32,000 nt of DNA from Ruminococcus albus 7 = DSM 20455 (GTDB lineage Bacteria; Bacillota; Clostridia; Oscillospirales; Ruminococcaceae). The position numbers were made by a program, and so were the translations under genes. Of this stretch, positions 1 to 7,988 are shown piece after piece; the stretch's first letter is position 1, and the number at the start of each line of letters is the position of its first letter. The notes under the pieces were generated by a model that worked only from the letters and a program-made list of their open reading frames with translations, searched no databases and was not told the DNA's origin. The stretch lies in the NCBI RefSeq assembly GCF_000179635.2, contig NC_014833.1:960001-992000 (forward strand), read 5' to 3'.

Positions 1-841
1 CTGTTTCATCTTTGAATACACCGAATGAGTATACATCATAAGAAGGATCCCACGAACTGAAATAGTTGCATACACTTTGTGCAAGTGTCAGTATCATAGG
101 CAGAGCCTGATTGTGCGTATAACCGTACATAATTGTCTCACCTTCATCAAGATCAACACTTACTCTCCATACTATCCCAAGTCTGTCAAGACGGTCTATT
201 ATGCTTTGTACCTTTTCTTCGGGGAGATCAAGGCGTTTGGACATAACGTTGACAGAATGCATTTTGTTCCGTCTTCCGCTTCCAAGGTAACTGATGATAC
301 GTATGGCATCTTCATCAGCCAGTGTTTTCAAAAGACGAGCCATATTCTTTGGTGTAGTAAAATATCCGTTTACTCCGTTTTCGGGATTTTCAAGGTATAT
401 GAAATATCGCAGGTCAGAGTTAAGGCGTGCAAGTGCTATATCCTGATCAGTCTTTACGCCTGCGTAAGTTTCTTTGTCGTATTTACTGTGCATACGTCCT
501 GCTTGGTGAAATGAAGGATTATAGGCATATATGATCGAATATAACATCTGCATTACAAATTCGGAGCGCTTTTCAGGTGCAACAGTCTGCACACGGTCAT
601 GGATAAGCTGAAGTATATCTGTTTCCGGATCACTGTTTTTTGATCCGAAAAGAGAGTCGATCGATGTACCGAGTGCCTTGGCAAGCATGGGAAGTAATTC
701 AGAATCGGGATAACTTGAATTTTCCCATTTTGATACAGCTTGTGCAGATACATTGAGTTTCTGGGCAAGCATATCCTGTGTAAGTCCAAGTTCTTTTCTG
801 CGTTTAACAAGATTTTTCCGAAAAACATTTTTTTCATCCAT
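1..841 (-). CDS. XRE-family helix-turn-helix transcriptional regulator; the C-terminus runs off the left window edge
   Basis: Absent from the supplied ORF track because there is no stop in the window. Reading the reverse complement from ATG at 841..839 gives 280 open codons down to position 2: MDEKNVFRKNLVKRRKELGLTQDMLAQKLNVSAQAVSKWENSSYPDSELLPMLAKALGTSIDSLFGSKNSDPETDILQLIHDRV... The N-terminus is a classic HTH_3 (Cro/C1) motif. It is followed by >200 aa of non-HTH domain (…RIISYLGSGRRNKMHSVNVMSKRLDLPEEKVQSIIDRLDRLGIVWRV…, winged-helix-like). Track ORFs 553..837(-) and 77..514(+) are out-of-frame or antisense shadows of this gene. Confidence 0.85.
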   Translation of the reverse strand, partial: MDEKNVFRKNLVKRRKELGLTQDMLAQKLNVSAQAVSKWENSSYPDSELLPMLAKALGTSIDSLFGSKNSDPETDILQLIHDRVQTVAPEKRSEFVMQMLYSIIYAYNPSFHQAGRMHSKYDKETYAGVKTDQDIALARLNSDLRYFIYLENPENGVNGYFTTPKNMARLLKTLADEDAIRIISYLGSGRRNKMHSVNVMSKRLDLPEEKVQSIIDRLDRLGIVWRVSVDLDEGETIMYGYTHNQALPMILTLAQSVCNYFSSWDPSYDVYSFGVFKDET

Positions 842-1087
842 AAACTTACCTCCTGAAGCTTTTTATATATACATTATAACATATATAAAACTCTGTTTCA
901 ATATTTATTTATGTACAACTGTCAGTTTAGTTTGTTCTACATACAGTTGATATCTATATATAATCGCTCAATTGAACTCAACTATACAGTATGATACAAT
1001 CAAATCATAGGGAGTTAATTGAAGGTGAACTGCGCATTAATGTGCAATATCACCCGGATCAATTCAATTGAGAAAGAGGGTATTTTT

Positions 1088-2815
1088 ATGTGGAAAAAGA
1101 CTTTAGCGTTTACAGCCGCACTCGGAATTCTGTTTCAGACTATTCCATTTTGCACAGCAACAGCTGCTGAAATAAGATATGAAGCAGAAGATGCTGCTCT
1201 GACCGGTAAGCTTGAGTGTATTTCTGAAAGCAGTGCTTCAGGCGGCAAGGTGGTAGGAAAATTTGCTAACAGCGATGATGTGATTACTTTTACGGTGAAT
1301 ATTCCGGCTGATGGAGCTTACGATCTTATCATCAATTCAATGGGCTATGGCGGAGACAAAACGAATAAGATCTCCATCGACGGAACTTATGTAGGCACTT
1401 TTGTAACAAAGGCTGAAGTATATAATGATGCTGTACTCAGTCGTGTTATCATGAAAGCAGGCACACATAAGATTTCTATCACTAAATCATGGGGATGGAT
1501 CGCAGTGGACTATTTAAAGATCATACCTGCCGAAACGATCCCTGATTCCGCATATCAGGTAAGCAAAACGCTCAGTGATCCTAATGCCACAGCAGAAACA
1601 AAAGCACTTTTTTCCTATCTCTGTGACGGTTACGGAAAACAGGTGCTTTCGGGACAGGTGGCTGATGACGGACTTGACAGTAATGAGTTTAAGGCTATAT
1701 ATGAAGTTACAGGCAAAAAGCCTGCCATACTCGGACTTGACATGATGAGATATACTCCGTCAAGAAATGCTTTCGGAGACCCTAATTTCAAAGCAGTTGA
1801 ACGTGCAGTTGATTTTCATAATGAAAACGGCATAGTTACATTCTGCTGGCACTGGAATTCTCCGGGAATGTATCTTAAAAGCGGAAATGATGAAGAAAAT
1901 GGAAATCCGCGCTGGTGGGGCGGCTTTTATACAAGGAATACTACGATTGATATTGAGGCGATCATGAACGGAAAGGACAAAAAGGGACTGGAGGCCATTG
2001 ATGCTGATATTGCAGGGATAGCAAAACAGCTTCTTCGTTTGCAGGATGCAGGTGTACCGGTACTCTGGAGACCGCTTCACGAAGCATCAGGCGGTTGGTT
2101 CTGGTGGGGAGCGAAAGGTGCAGAGGCATATAAAAAACTCTACATTTACCTCTATGATCAGCTTACAAATAAATACGGATGTCATAATCTTATCTGGGTA
2201 TGGAACGGTCAGAATCCGAACTGGTATCCGGGAGATAAATACGTTGATGTTATCGGTGAAGATCTATACCTTGACAAGCATTCATATTCTGCCAGTGCTT
2301 CAAAGTTCTCTGAGATCCTCGAGTACTCCAAGGGCAAGAAGATGATAGCCCTGAGTGAAAACGGTGTAGTATTTGATATTGATAATGTGATCGCATCGGG
2401 TACAAAGTGGGCTTGGTTTGGCACATGGAACGGAAACTTTATTACAAAAAACGGCAAGTTCTCGGATGAATACACAGAAGCCTATGTTCTTAAAAAGACT
2501 TATCAGAGTAAGTATGTTATCACTCTTGACGAACTTCCGGACTGGAGTACTTATTCAGCAGGCACAACTCCAATGAGTTATTATATTGCAGGTGATGCAA
2601 ATTGTGATGGTACAGTAGATCTTGCTGATGTAGTTCTAGTACTTAAGGTGATATCTGATCCCGGTAAATACGGTGAAAAGGGAACAAACGCAACTCATAT
2701 CACTGTTCAGGGTGCAAAAAATGCAGATGTTTACGAAAGAGGCTCAGGACTTACCTCTCAGGATGAAATTGAGATACAGAGATACCTGCTGAAGATGGTT
2801 CATTCTTTAAAATAA
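1088..2815 (+). CDS. Secreted cellulosomal glycoside hydrolase: signal peptide, CBM6/35-like module, GH26 (beta-mannanase family) catalytic domain, C-terminal type I dockerin
   Basis: Track ORF 1019..2815. I prefer ATG 1088 (MWKKTLAFTAALGILFQTIPFCTATAAE is a signal peptide), which lies 7 nt downstream of GAGAAAGAGGG (1070-1080). CBM-like beta-sandwich IRYEAEDAALTG...WGWIAVDYLKI (~1170-1540). GH26-type signature VLWRPLHEASGGWFWWG (~2060-2110) plus CWHWNSPG and LSENG. Dockerin Ca-binding repeat GDANCDGTVDLADVVLVLK, then a second, longer repeat NADVYERGSGLTSQDEIEIQRYLL (~2585-2812). Confidence 0.85.
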   Translation: MWKKTLAFTAALGILFQTIPFCTATAAEIRYEAEDAALTGKLECISESSASGGKVVGKFANSDDVITFTVNIPADGAYDLIINSMGYGGDKTNKISIDGTYVGTFVTKAEVYNDAVLSRVIMKAGTHKISITKSWGWIAVDYLKIIPAETIPDSAYQVSKTLSDPNATAETKALFSYLCDGYGKQVLSGQVADDGLDSNEFKAIYEVTGKKPAILGLDMMRYTPSRNAFGDPNFKAVERAVDFHNENGIVTFCWHWNSPGMYLKSGNDEENGNPRWWGGFYTRNTTIDIEAIMNGKDKKGLEAIDADIAGIAKQLLRLQDAGVPVLWRPLHEASGGWFWWGAKGAEAYKKLYIYLYDQLTNKYGCHNLIWVWNGQNPNWYPGDKYVDVIGEDLYLDKHSYSASASKFSEILEYSKGKKMIALSENGVVFDIDNVIASGTKWAWFGTWNGNFITKNGKFSDEYTEAYVLKKTYQSKYVITLDELPDWSTYSAGTTPMSYYIAGDANCDGTVDLADVVLVLKVISDPGKYGEKGTNATHITVQGAKNADVYERGSGLTSQDEIEIQRYLLKMVHSLK

Positions 2816-2832
2816 TACTTATGATAAAGGTG

Positions 2833-2868
2833 CAACAGCTTCGGATTGTAACAATTGTTGATTTTTTT
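2833..2868 (+). terminator. Weak candidate intrinsic terminator after the GH26 gene
   Basis: CAACA (2833-2837) can pair with TGTTG (2856-2860). The 3' arm sits inside the 12-bp palindrome CAACAATTGTTG (2849-2860) and is followed by A + T7 (2861-2868). The stem is short and AT-rich, so this call is low confidence. Confidence 0.3.
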
Positions 2869-2944
2869 CCTATTTCAGCTTAATTTCAACTTGGCATAGA
2901 TCACCCAGATAATGCATTTAAGACAGTTTAAATACACCACAAAA

Positions 2945-2990
2945 AGAGCGTCCGGCACTGCCATTACAGTGTGCCGAACGCTCTGATTTT
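2945..2990. terminator. Bidirectional rho-independent terminator between the convergent GH26 and lipoprotein genes
   Basis: AGAGCGTCCGGCAC (2945-2958), a 12-nt loop, then GTGCCGAACGCTCT (2971-2984): a 14-bp stem with one G-U position. It is flanked by AAAAA upstream (UUUUUGUGG on the minus-strand transcript, 15 nt after the lipoprotein stop) and by GATTTT downstream on the plus strand. Confidence 0.8.
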
Positions 2991-2998
2991 ACCATCTA

Positions 2999-4513
2999 TT
3001 ACTTTACGTTGTATACAGTGACCTTTCCGTCCTTTACTATGCAAAGACGTCCGTAAGCCATTGATGCTTTGTCGATATCCTCGAACAGCTTTTCGCCTGT
3101 TACCAGATCGTATACAACATGATCCTGGTATACGTAAAGCATATTTTTTCCAAGATATGTTCCCGAATTTTTCAGCTTCAGGGAGAATTCACCTGTACCG
3201 AGTATAAGATAGTTGTATTCGCCGTTGCTGAGATAATAGGGAGTATCTAAGGTGTACAGACTGTCATCACCGGATTCGGTGTACAGTACCTTACCTGTCC
3301 TGTCAACAAGGGAGCTAACATTGTCCTTGGTACGGCAGGTGAAGAATCCGGGTACGGGCTCGCTGATAATGTGATAGTCTGCAGGAGTAAGCTCGGTGCC
3401 GTCAGCCTTCAGGATACCGTAGTTTTCACCTGTGTTGTACTGGAAGTATCCTTCACTGAGATTATATATCTGATCGTACTTAGGCTCGATGATAGTTCTG
3501 CCTTTTTCGCTCATTATGCCGGATTTTGAGTTCTCATAATCCCTGATGATGTAGTAATAGTCACTATTATCAAGATTGTTTACATTATAGTCGGTGGCAA
3601 TTATCTCATTCATGCTGTGATCTGCTACAACGTATTTGCCGTCCTTGGAACCGATAAGGAAGTCTTCACCTACGGGAACGAAGTCTGAGTCAAATTCCAG
3701 CACCTCATCATCTGCATTTACATATACGGTGTTGTTGTCTGCATCGTAGAAGCTTATGATATCGCCGTACACGGTAACCCTGGGATCGAAAGTGCAAGCG
3801 GTGTTTTCAAGGAACTTCTTGTTCTCAAGGTCGTATATCTTTACGGTGCCCTTGTAGAATGTATCGTTATTGCCGGGTGTTATGCTGAACTGGTTTGGTG
3901 TAACGTAGTATATAGCCTCGTCTTCGTTGGTGGTAGCACCTTCGGGGATATATGCCTTTACAAAACGTTTGTTGATGGATTCAAAAGTACCTACGTGTTC
4001 ATCTATGGAAAGTATCTCATTTCCGTCTGCATCCATAAGACCTTCGTATGTCATATCGCCCTCAAATTTGGTGAAGGTATATACATCCTCAGTATATTTG
4101 AGCTGTGTTACCAGCTTTACGCCGCCGCCCAGCAGCTTTTTGCCATTGATATCGTAAACATCGATGTTATCGTTGCTGTCACCAGTGTATATGCAGGTAT
4201 TGTTGTAGAAATTGAGCTTTCCGAGATCGAACTCGTTTGCCTTCTCGAGAACAGGGCTCTTTATCTCATATTCTGCGGGTGGATCTTCAGGTTCAAGCTC
4301 CTTTGGAGGTTCTGTCTCTGCCTCAGAATCAGAATCTTCGGGAGCAGTGGTCTCGTTCTCACCGTCGTTGGAAGTTGCTTTTTCGGTGGTGGTCACAGCA
4401 GACTTGTCGCTGTTATCGTCCTTATCATCGTCTGAATTTGAGCAGGCTGAAAGACTTATAGTCATAGCCGCTGCAAGAAGTACAGCCAGTTTCTTATCAA
4501 AGCTGTTTTTCAT
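2999..4513 (-). CDS. Lipoprotein of unknown function with an acidic low-complexity linker and WG-like beta-repeat body
   Basis: Track ORF of 504 aa. On the minus strand GGAGGA (4526..4521) lies 7 nt upstream of ATG 4513. MKNSFDKKLAVLLAAAMTISLSAC is an SPII signal with lipobox L-S-A-C. A ~70-aa D/E/S/T-rich linker follows. The rest has repeated beta-hairpin motifs (YDINGKKLL, MDADGNEIL, SEKGRTIIEPKYDQIY, LKADGTELTPADY, VDRTGKVLY, VKDGKVTVY) reminiscent of WG/KWG-repeat proteins. Confidence 0.8.
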   Translation of the reverse strand: MKNSFDKKLAVLLAAAMTISLSACSNSDDDKDDNSDKSAVTTTEKATSNDGENETTAPEDSDSEAETEPPKELEPEDPPAEYEIKSPVLEKANEFDLGKLNFYNNTCIYTGDSNDNIDVYDINGKKLLGGGVKLVTQLKYTEDVYTFTKFEGDMTYEGLMDADGNEILSIDEHVGTFESINKRFVKAYIPEGATTNEDEAIYYVTPNQFSITPGNNDTFYKGTVKIYDLENKKFLENTACTFDPRVTVYGDIISFYDADNNTVYVNADDEVLEFDSDFVPVGEDFLIGSKDGKYVVADHSMNEIIATDYNVNNLDNSDYYYIIRDYENSKSGIMSEKGRTIIEPKYDQIYNLSEGYFQYNTGENYGILKADGTELTPADYHIISEPVPGFFTCRTKDNVSSLVDRTGKVLYTESGDDSLYTLDTPYYLSNGEYNYLILGTGEFSLKLKNSGTYLGKNMLYVYQDHVVYDLVTGEKLFEDIDKASMAYGRLCIVKDGKVTVYNVK

Positions 4514-4562
4514 GTTTGTTTCCTCCGTTTCATAAATACAATCAAATCTATTACATTTTTAT

Positions 4563-4591
4563 ATCTTATCACATCGCGTTATCGAAGTCAA
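4563..4591 (-). promoter_or_regulatory. Candidate sigma-A promoter for the lipoprotein gene
   Basis: The minus strand reads TTGACT (4591..4586), a 17-nt spacer, then TAAGAT (4568..4563), with an extended -10 TG (…GATGTGATAAGAT). It lies ~50 nt upstream of the start codon at 4513. Confidence 0.5.
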
Positions 4592-4842
4592 TAAAATACG
4601 TTCTTGTTTGGCGTTTTAACTGTCGGAACTCAATGAACAGAGTGTGATTTTGTTGTATATTGCTATTTTATTAGATGCGATAAATCAATATATCTGCAAG
4701 GTATCATTAAAGTGCTGATACGATACGATGAAAGGAACATGGATCACCACTTATCATTGATAACCTGTGTTTTCAGAGGAAAGACGTAGAATGGAGGTTT
4801 ACACCGAATTATAATTTGTTCATTATGCTGACAAAAAAACTA

Positions 4843-4871
4843 TTGACAGACGCTGTGAAATATAGTATAAT
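4843..4871 (+). promoter_or_regulatory. Consensus sigma-A promoter at the head of the biosynthetic operon
   Basis: TTGACA (4843-4848), an exactly 17-nt spacer, then TATAAT (4866-4871). Both hexamers are perfect consensus. The predicted TSS is ~4877-4879, which leaves a ~260-nt leader before the first cluster CDS (ATG 5138). Confidence 0.7.
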
Positions 4872-4898
4872 TATTACCGTTGATTTATCATGTGTTAG

Positions 4899-4915
4899 AG
4901 TTAGTTAAGTCTAAC
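4899..4915 (+). promoter_or_regulatory. Leader palindrome copy 1 (AGTTAGTTAAGTCTAAC); candidate operator or RNA hairpin
   Basis: GTTAG-N6-CTAAC inverted repeat at about +21 to +38 relative to the predicted TSS. It is identical at 15 of 17 positions to the copy at 5085-5101. An extra GTTAG half-site lies immediately upstream (4894-4898). Confidence 0.5.
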
Positions 4916-5084
4916 TGACATTCTGAAATGCGGCTCGGCTTGGTGGATCTCATGGTCGGGACAGGAAACTGACAAAAGATGCTGTATGGAAATGTATCAC
5001 TCGGTCACGGTATGTGGGGGTAAAATATGAGGTTTTTGATCTCTGCCATTGAGCCGCTTGTGTCGTAGGTTCAGCAGATGCGCT

Positions 5085-5101
5085 AGTTAGTTAATACTAA
5101 C
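5085..5101 (+). promoter_or_regulatory. Leader palindrome copy 2 (AGTTAGTTAATACTAAC); candidate operator or RNA hairpin
   Basis: Same GTTAG-N6-CTAAC inverted repeat, 186 nt downstream of copy 1 and ~18 nt upstream of the GGAG Shine-Dalgarno (5120-5123) of the first cluster gene. Confidence 0.5.
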
Positions 5102-5137
5102 CAAATCTATAGCCAAAAAGGAGTGGATATCGGTTCA

Positions 5138-5908
5138 ATGGATCAAAACATAAAAAAATGGTTTCCGTTTTCTACATACGACATTACAGACGATCACAGG
5201 GAGAAACTGATCTGCTTTCACTATGCAGGAGGGAGTGCTTCTGTTTTCAGGCAGTGGACGCTTGAGCCGCATGGTTTTAATGTTCTCTGTGCCGAGCTGC
5301 CCGGAAAGGGAACGAGAACAGGCGAAGCATTTGTAACTGATATAAAGGACTTGTTGGAACCGCTTTGCGCTGCGGTAGATGCAGTTGTGGAAAATGGAAA
5401 GTACACGCTGTTCGGACATAGTATGGGTGCGGCGATCGGATTCTATGTGGCAGACCGCATGACAAAAAATTACGGAAAACAGCCTTCGTGTCTTATCGTT
5501 GCCGGAAGACAGGCACCCGATACAGAAAACGAAGGAGAGTTCAAAAGCTGGATGAGCGATGATGCTTTGATAAAGGAGATGCGGATGTACGGGGGAACAC
5601 CGGATGATGTCCTTGAAAACAAGGAACTGATGGATATTCTGATCCCGCGGATACGCAAGGACTACGAATTGAACGATACGCTCATTTATCATGGTGAGAA
5701 GCTGCATATTCCTATTGTGGCACATTCAGCTTTGGAAGACAAAGGAGCGACTCCGGATATCATGGAACACTGGAGTGCCATGACAACAGGCAAATTCTCG
5801 ATCAGGAGTTTTGAGGGACGGCATTTCTGGGTCACGGACGATGAAACTTATTTTCTGCAAATTCTGAAAGAATTGGAAGGGACGAATCATGGAAATTCTG
5901 AAAATTGA
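5138..5908 (+). CDS. Type II (editing) thioesterase, alpha/beta hydrolase
   Basis: Track ORF 5123..5908 begins at a GTG that overlaps the SD, so I prefer ATG 5138 (GGAG at 5120-5123). Motifs: LICFHYAGGSASVFRQW (oxyanion/N-terminal TEII motif), nucleophile elbow GHSMG (5414-5428), C-terminal EGRHFW (catalytic His). About 256 aa, the typical TEII size. Confidence 0.85.
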   Translation: MDQNIKKWFPFSTYDITDDHREKLICFHYAGGSASVFRQWTLEPHGFNVLCAELPGKGTRTGEAFVTDIKDLLEPLCAAVDAVVENGKYTLFGHSMGAAIGFYVADRMTKNYGKQPSCLIVAGRQAPDTENEGEFKSWMSDDALIKEMRMYGGTPDDVLENKELMDILIPRIRKDYELNDTLIYHGEKLHIPIVAHSALEDKGATPDIMEHWSAMTTGKFSIRSFEGRHFWVTDDETYFLQILKELEGTNHGNSEN

Positions 5909-6830
5909 TCATCTAAAAAAAGAATTCAAGGATATGACAGCTGTCAACGGGCTGGATCTTACTATCCAGGAGAAGGATGTTCACGGTATACTTGGACCGA
6001 ATGGTGCCGGAAAAAGTACAACGATCAACTGTATACTTGGATTATTGGGGTATGAGGAAGGATCTGTGACATTTGCAGGTGGAGAATCTATTCGTAAATG
6101 GGGAAAGAATATAGGATATGTACCGCAGGATCTGGCGATCTATCCCGATCTTACTCCTACCGAAAATATTCGTTTTTTCTGTTCACTTTACGGATTCAAG
6201 GGTAAAGAACTGGAAGAACGTGTTACAAAGGCTTTGGATTTTGTAGGGCTTACAGATGTCAAGGATAAAAAATCAGGCGAGTTTTCGGGGGGCATGAAAA
6301 GACGTCTGAATATGGCGTGCGGTATTGCACACAGTCCGAAACTGATCATAATGGATGAACCGACAGTCGGCATTGATCCTCAGTCTAGAAACCGTATACT
6401 TGAAAATGTCCGCACGCTGAATGAACAAGGTGCAACTATTCTTTATACGACGCATTATATGCCTGAGATCGAGGAGATCTGTAATCGTATCACGGTCATT
6501 GATCATGGCGCACTGGTAGCAACAGGAACCAAAGAAGAAATAATGAACCGTATGGGAACAGATCAGATGATGAATCTTTCCTTTGCTGAGGGTAAAGGAG
6601 ATATGGATGCGTTTGTTGCTGAAGCTTCTCAGATCGATGGGATCCACCAGACCGATCCTGATGGCTGGAACTGCAAGATCCGCCATGATAAAAAGACTGT
6701 TGTTCTCAATAAGGTGATCGATGCTGCGATACGCAGCGGTCTGGAAATTGAACATATCACGAATGAAGAACCGTCACTGGAAGAGATATTCCTTATGCTG
6801 ACGGGCAAGGAACTCAGAGATCAGAAATAA
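5889..6830 (+). CDS. ABC transporter ATP-binding protein (partner of the two ABC-2 permeases)
   Basis: Walker A GPNGAGKST, signature FSGGMKRRL, Walker B LIIMDEPTVGIDP, H-loop TTHYM, followed by a ~90-aa C-terminal accessory domain. ATG 5889 overlaps the TEII 3' end by 20 nt, consistent with translational coupling. Confidence 0.9.
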   Translation: MEILKIDHLKKEFKDMTAVNGLDLTIQEKDVHGILGPNGAGKSTTINCILGLLGYEEGSVTFAGGESIRKWGKNIGYVPQDLAIYPDLTPTENIRFFCSLYGFKGKELEERVTKALDFVGLTDVKDKKSGEFSGGMKRRLNMACGIAHSPKLIIMDEPTVGIDPQSRNRILENVRTLNEQGATILYTTHYMPEIEEICNRITVIDHGALVATGTKEEIMNRMGTDQMMNLSFAEGKGDMDAFVAEASQIDGIHQTDPDGWNCKIRHDKKTVVLNKVIDAAIRSGLEIEHITNEEPSLEEIFLMLTGKELRDQK

Positions 6831-6845
6831 GGTAGGCGATGTAAT

Positions 6846-7988
6846 ATGTTCTGGCTGTTATGGAAAAAAGAAATAAAAGTATTCTTTACTAATAAAGGAA
6901 ATCTCGTATTTATGATCCTCCTTCCGATCCTGCTGATCTCGATATTCAGCTTTGCACTCGGTGACTATATCAAGGGGGATTATGGCACATTTAAAAATGG
7001 TCAGGTGTTTTACTTGCAGGATGGTGCCACGGATCAGATGAACAGCCGATTTGATGCGATTTCCAAAAAGATCACGGAACAGACTGGTGTTTCGTTTACG
7101 GAAGTGACAGATGCTGAGCAGGCGAAGAAGGATGTGGAATCAAGCAAAGCTTATGGTCTGATCACGATCGGCAGTGAGTCGTTCTCCTATTTCCGTTCAT
7201 CGTTCAATGAACCTCAGGGCGGACAACTGGTAAGGACTTTGTTCACGGAGCTTGCCAGGGACGGTGTGACATCTGTAGAAACAACATCGGGAAACGCTCC
7301 GTCTATCAAACGTACTGTGATTGAAGGCAGTCATCTGGATTCAAAAGTGTATTACACTTTTGCGGCACTGACGTTTTCAATACTTTTCATGGGTGTTCTT
7401 GTCGGACATTCTGTCTTTGACGAAAAAGAACTTGGTACGCTCACAAGGATAAGGATGTCCAAAGCAGGTGTCAGAATTGTTGTTGTTGTCAAGATCCTGA
7501 CCGGTATCCTGTGTGGAGCTGGGCAGATCCTTTCTGCGTTTGTCTTTTCTAATCTTGTGCTTAAAGTAGATTGGGGGGATAAGCTGCCGCTGATACTGCT
7601 GGTATTGCTTTGCCTGGTGACACTCAGTTCAACATTCGGAGCAGTAGTGGGTAGTTTTGCACCTAACAAATCCATGTGTCAGAGTACTGTCATGATGACA
7701 ACCATGCTCTGCGGATATCTGGGCGGAGCTATCACTCCGTTGTATCTTCTTGAGAATATGCCGATCCTTGGTTATATTGTTAAGATCAGTCCGCTTTACT
7801 GGACTAACCAATCTATGACCTACCTGTACAACGGTGTTGTTAACAGCAAATTCGGTATTACGATTAGTGTGCTTCTGGGTCTGACAGCTCTGCTTCTGAT
7901 CGTGTATGCAATATTCACAGCTAAGTTATCGGTCAATGTAAGTACACCTGTTGCTAAAACAGTGAAAAAGGAGGGAAAGACGGCATGA
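6846..7988 (+). CDS. ABC-2 type transporter permease (exporter subunit 1)
   Basis: 380 aa. An N-terminal TM helix (LVFMILLPILLISIFSFAL) is followed by a ~150-aa extracytoplasmic loop and then ~5 hydrophobic helices. This is the typical ABC-2/YhgE-like topology. AAGGTAGG SD lies upstream. Confidence 0.8.
   Translation: MFWLLWKKEIKVFFTNKGNLVFMILLPILLISIFSFALGDYIKGDYGTFKNGQVFYLQDGATDQMNSRFDAISKKITEQTGVSFTEVTDAEQAKKDVESSKAYGLITIGSESFSYFRSSFNEPQGGQLVRTLFTELARDGVTSVETTSGNAPSIKRTVIEGSHLDSKVYYTFAALTFSILFMGVLVGHSVFDEKELGTLTRIRMSKAGVRIVVVVKILTGILCGAGQILSAFVFSNLVLKVDWGDKLPLILLVLLCLVTLSSTFGAVVGSFAPNKSMCQSTVMMTTMLCGYLGGAITPLYLLENMPILGYIVKISPLYWTNQSMTYLYNGVVNSKFGITISVLLGLTALLLIVYAIFTAKLSVNVSTPVAKTVKKEGKTA

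Noticed and set aside
77-514. Track ORF of 145 aa on the plus strand (MCKCQYHRQSLIV…)
   Set aside because: It lies entirely antisense to the much better XRE-regulator reading frame (1..841, minus). The sequence is Cys/Phe/Tyr-rich and low in information, with no SD and no recognisable motif. It is a shadow ORF.
553-837. Track ORF of 94 aa on the minus strand (MKKMFFGKILLNAEKNLDLHRICLP…)
   Set aside because: It is in the wrong frame. Shifting the frame to the ATG at 841 gives a textbook HTH_3 domain and stays open to the window edge. The 94-aa frame has no recognisable features.
947-964. TTGATA … TATAAT pair upstream of the GH26 gene as a promoter
   Set aside because: Only 6 nt separate the hexamers, and alternative -35 candidates give 18-21-nt spacers with poor matches. 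A promoter surely exists in 842-1087, but I cannot place it reliably.
1019-1087. N-terminal extensions in the track for several genes: 1019 (GH26), 5123 (TEII), 8973 (adenylase), 21029 (TEII-2), 21935 (PKS), 25409 (C-T)
   Set aside because: In each case the extension lacks an SD or overlaps the upstream gene or its own SD. An internal ATG with a well-spaced GGAG-type SD, which also restores a family-typical N-terminus, is preferred: 1088, 5138, 9057, 21149, 21965 and 25415.
4751-4763. TTATCAtTGATAA as a bona fide Fur box
   Set aside because: The half-site order is inverted relative to the 7-1-7 TGATAAT-N-ATTATCA consensus, and the site lies ~80 bp upstream of the -35 rather than over the promoter. 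It is reported only as a low-interest palindrome.
5027-5068. Mini-ORF MRFLISAIEPLVS as a stand-alone small-protein gene
   Set aside because: It is too short and featureless to call as a gene. It is kept only as a possible leader-peptide element within the leader finding.
5135-5725. Long antisense ORFs inside the cluster genes, for example 5135..5725(-), 6273..6755(-), 9054..9509(-), 12556..13023(-), 16901..17428(-), 21041..21595(-), 21938..22469(-), 29893..30366(-) and 31342..31785(-)
   Set aside because: All lie opposite strongly supported, motif-rich plus-strand genes. They have odd composition (Cys/His/Arg/Phe-rich), no SD and no recognisable domains, which is typical of shadow ORFs.
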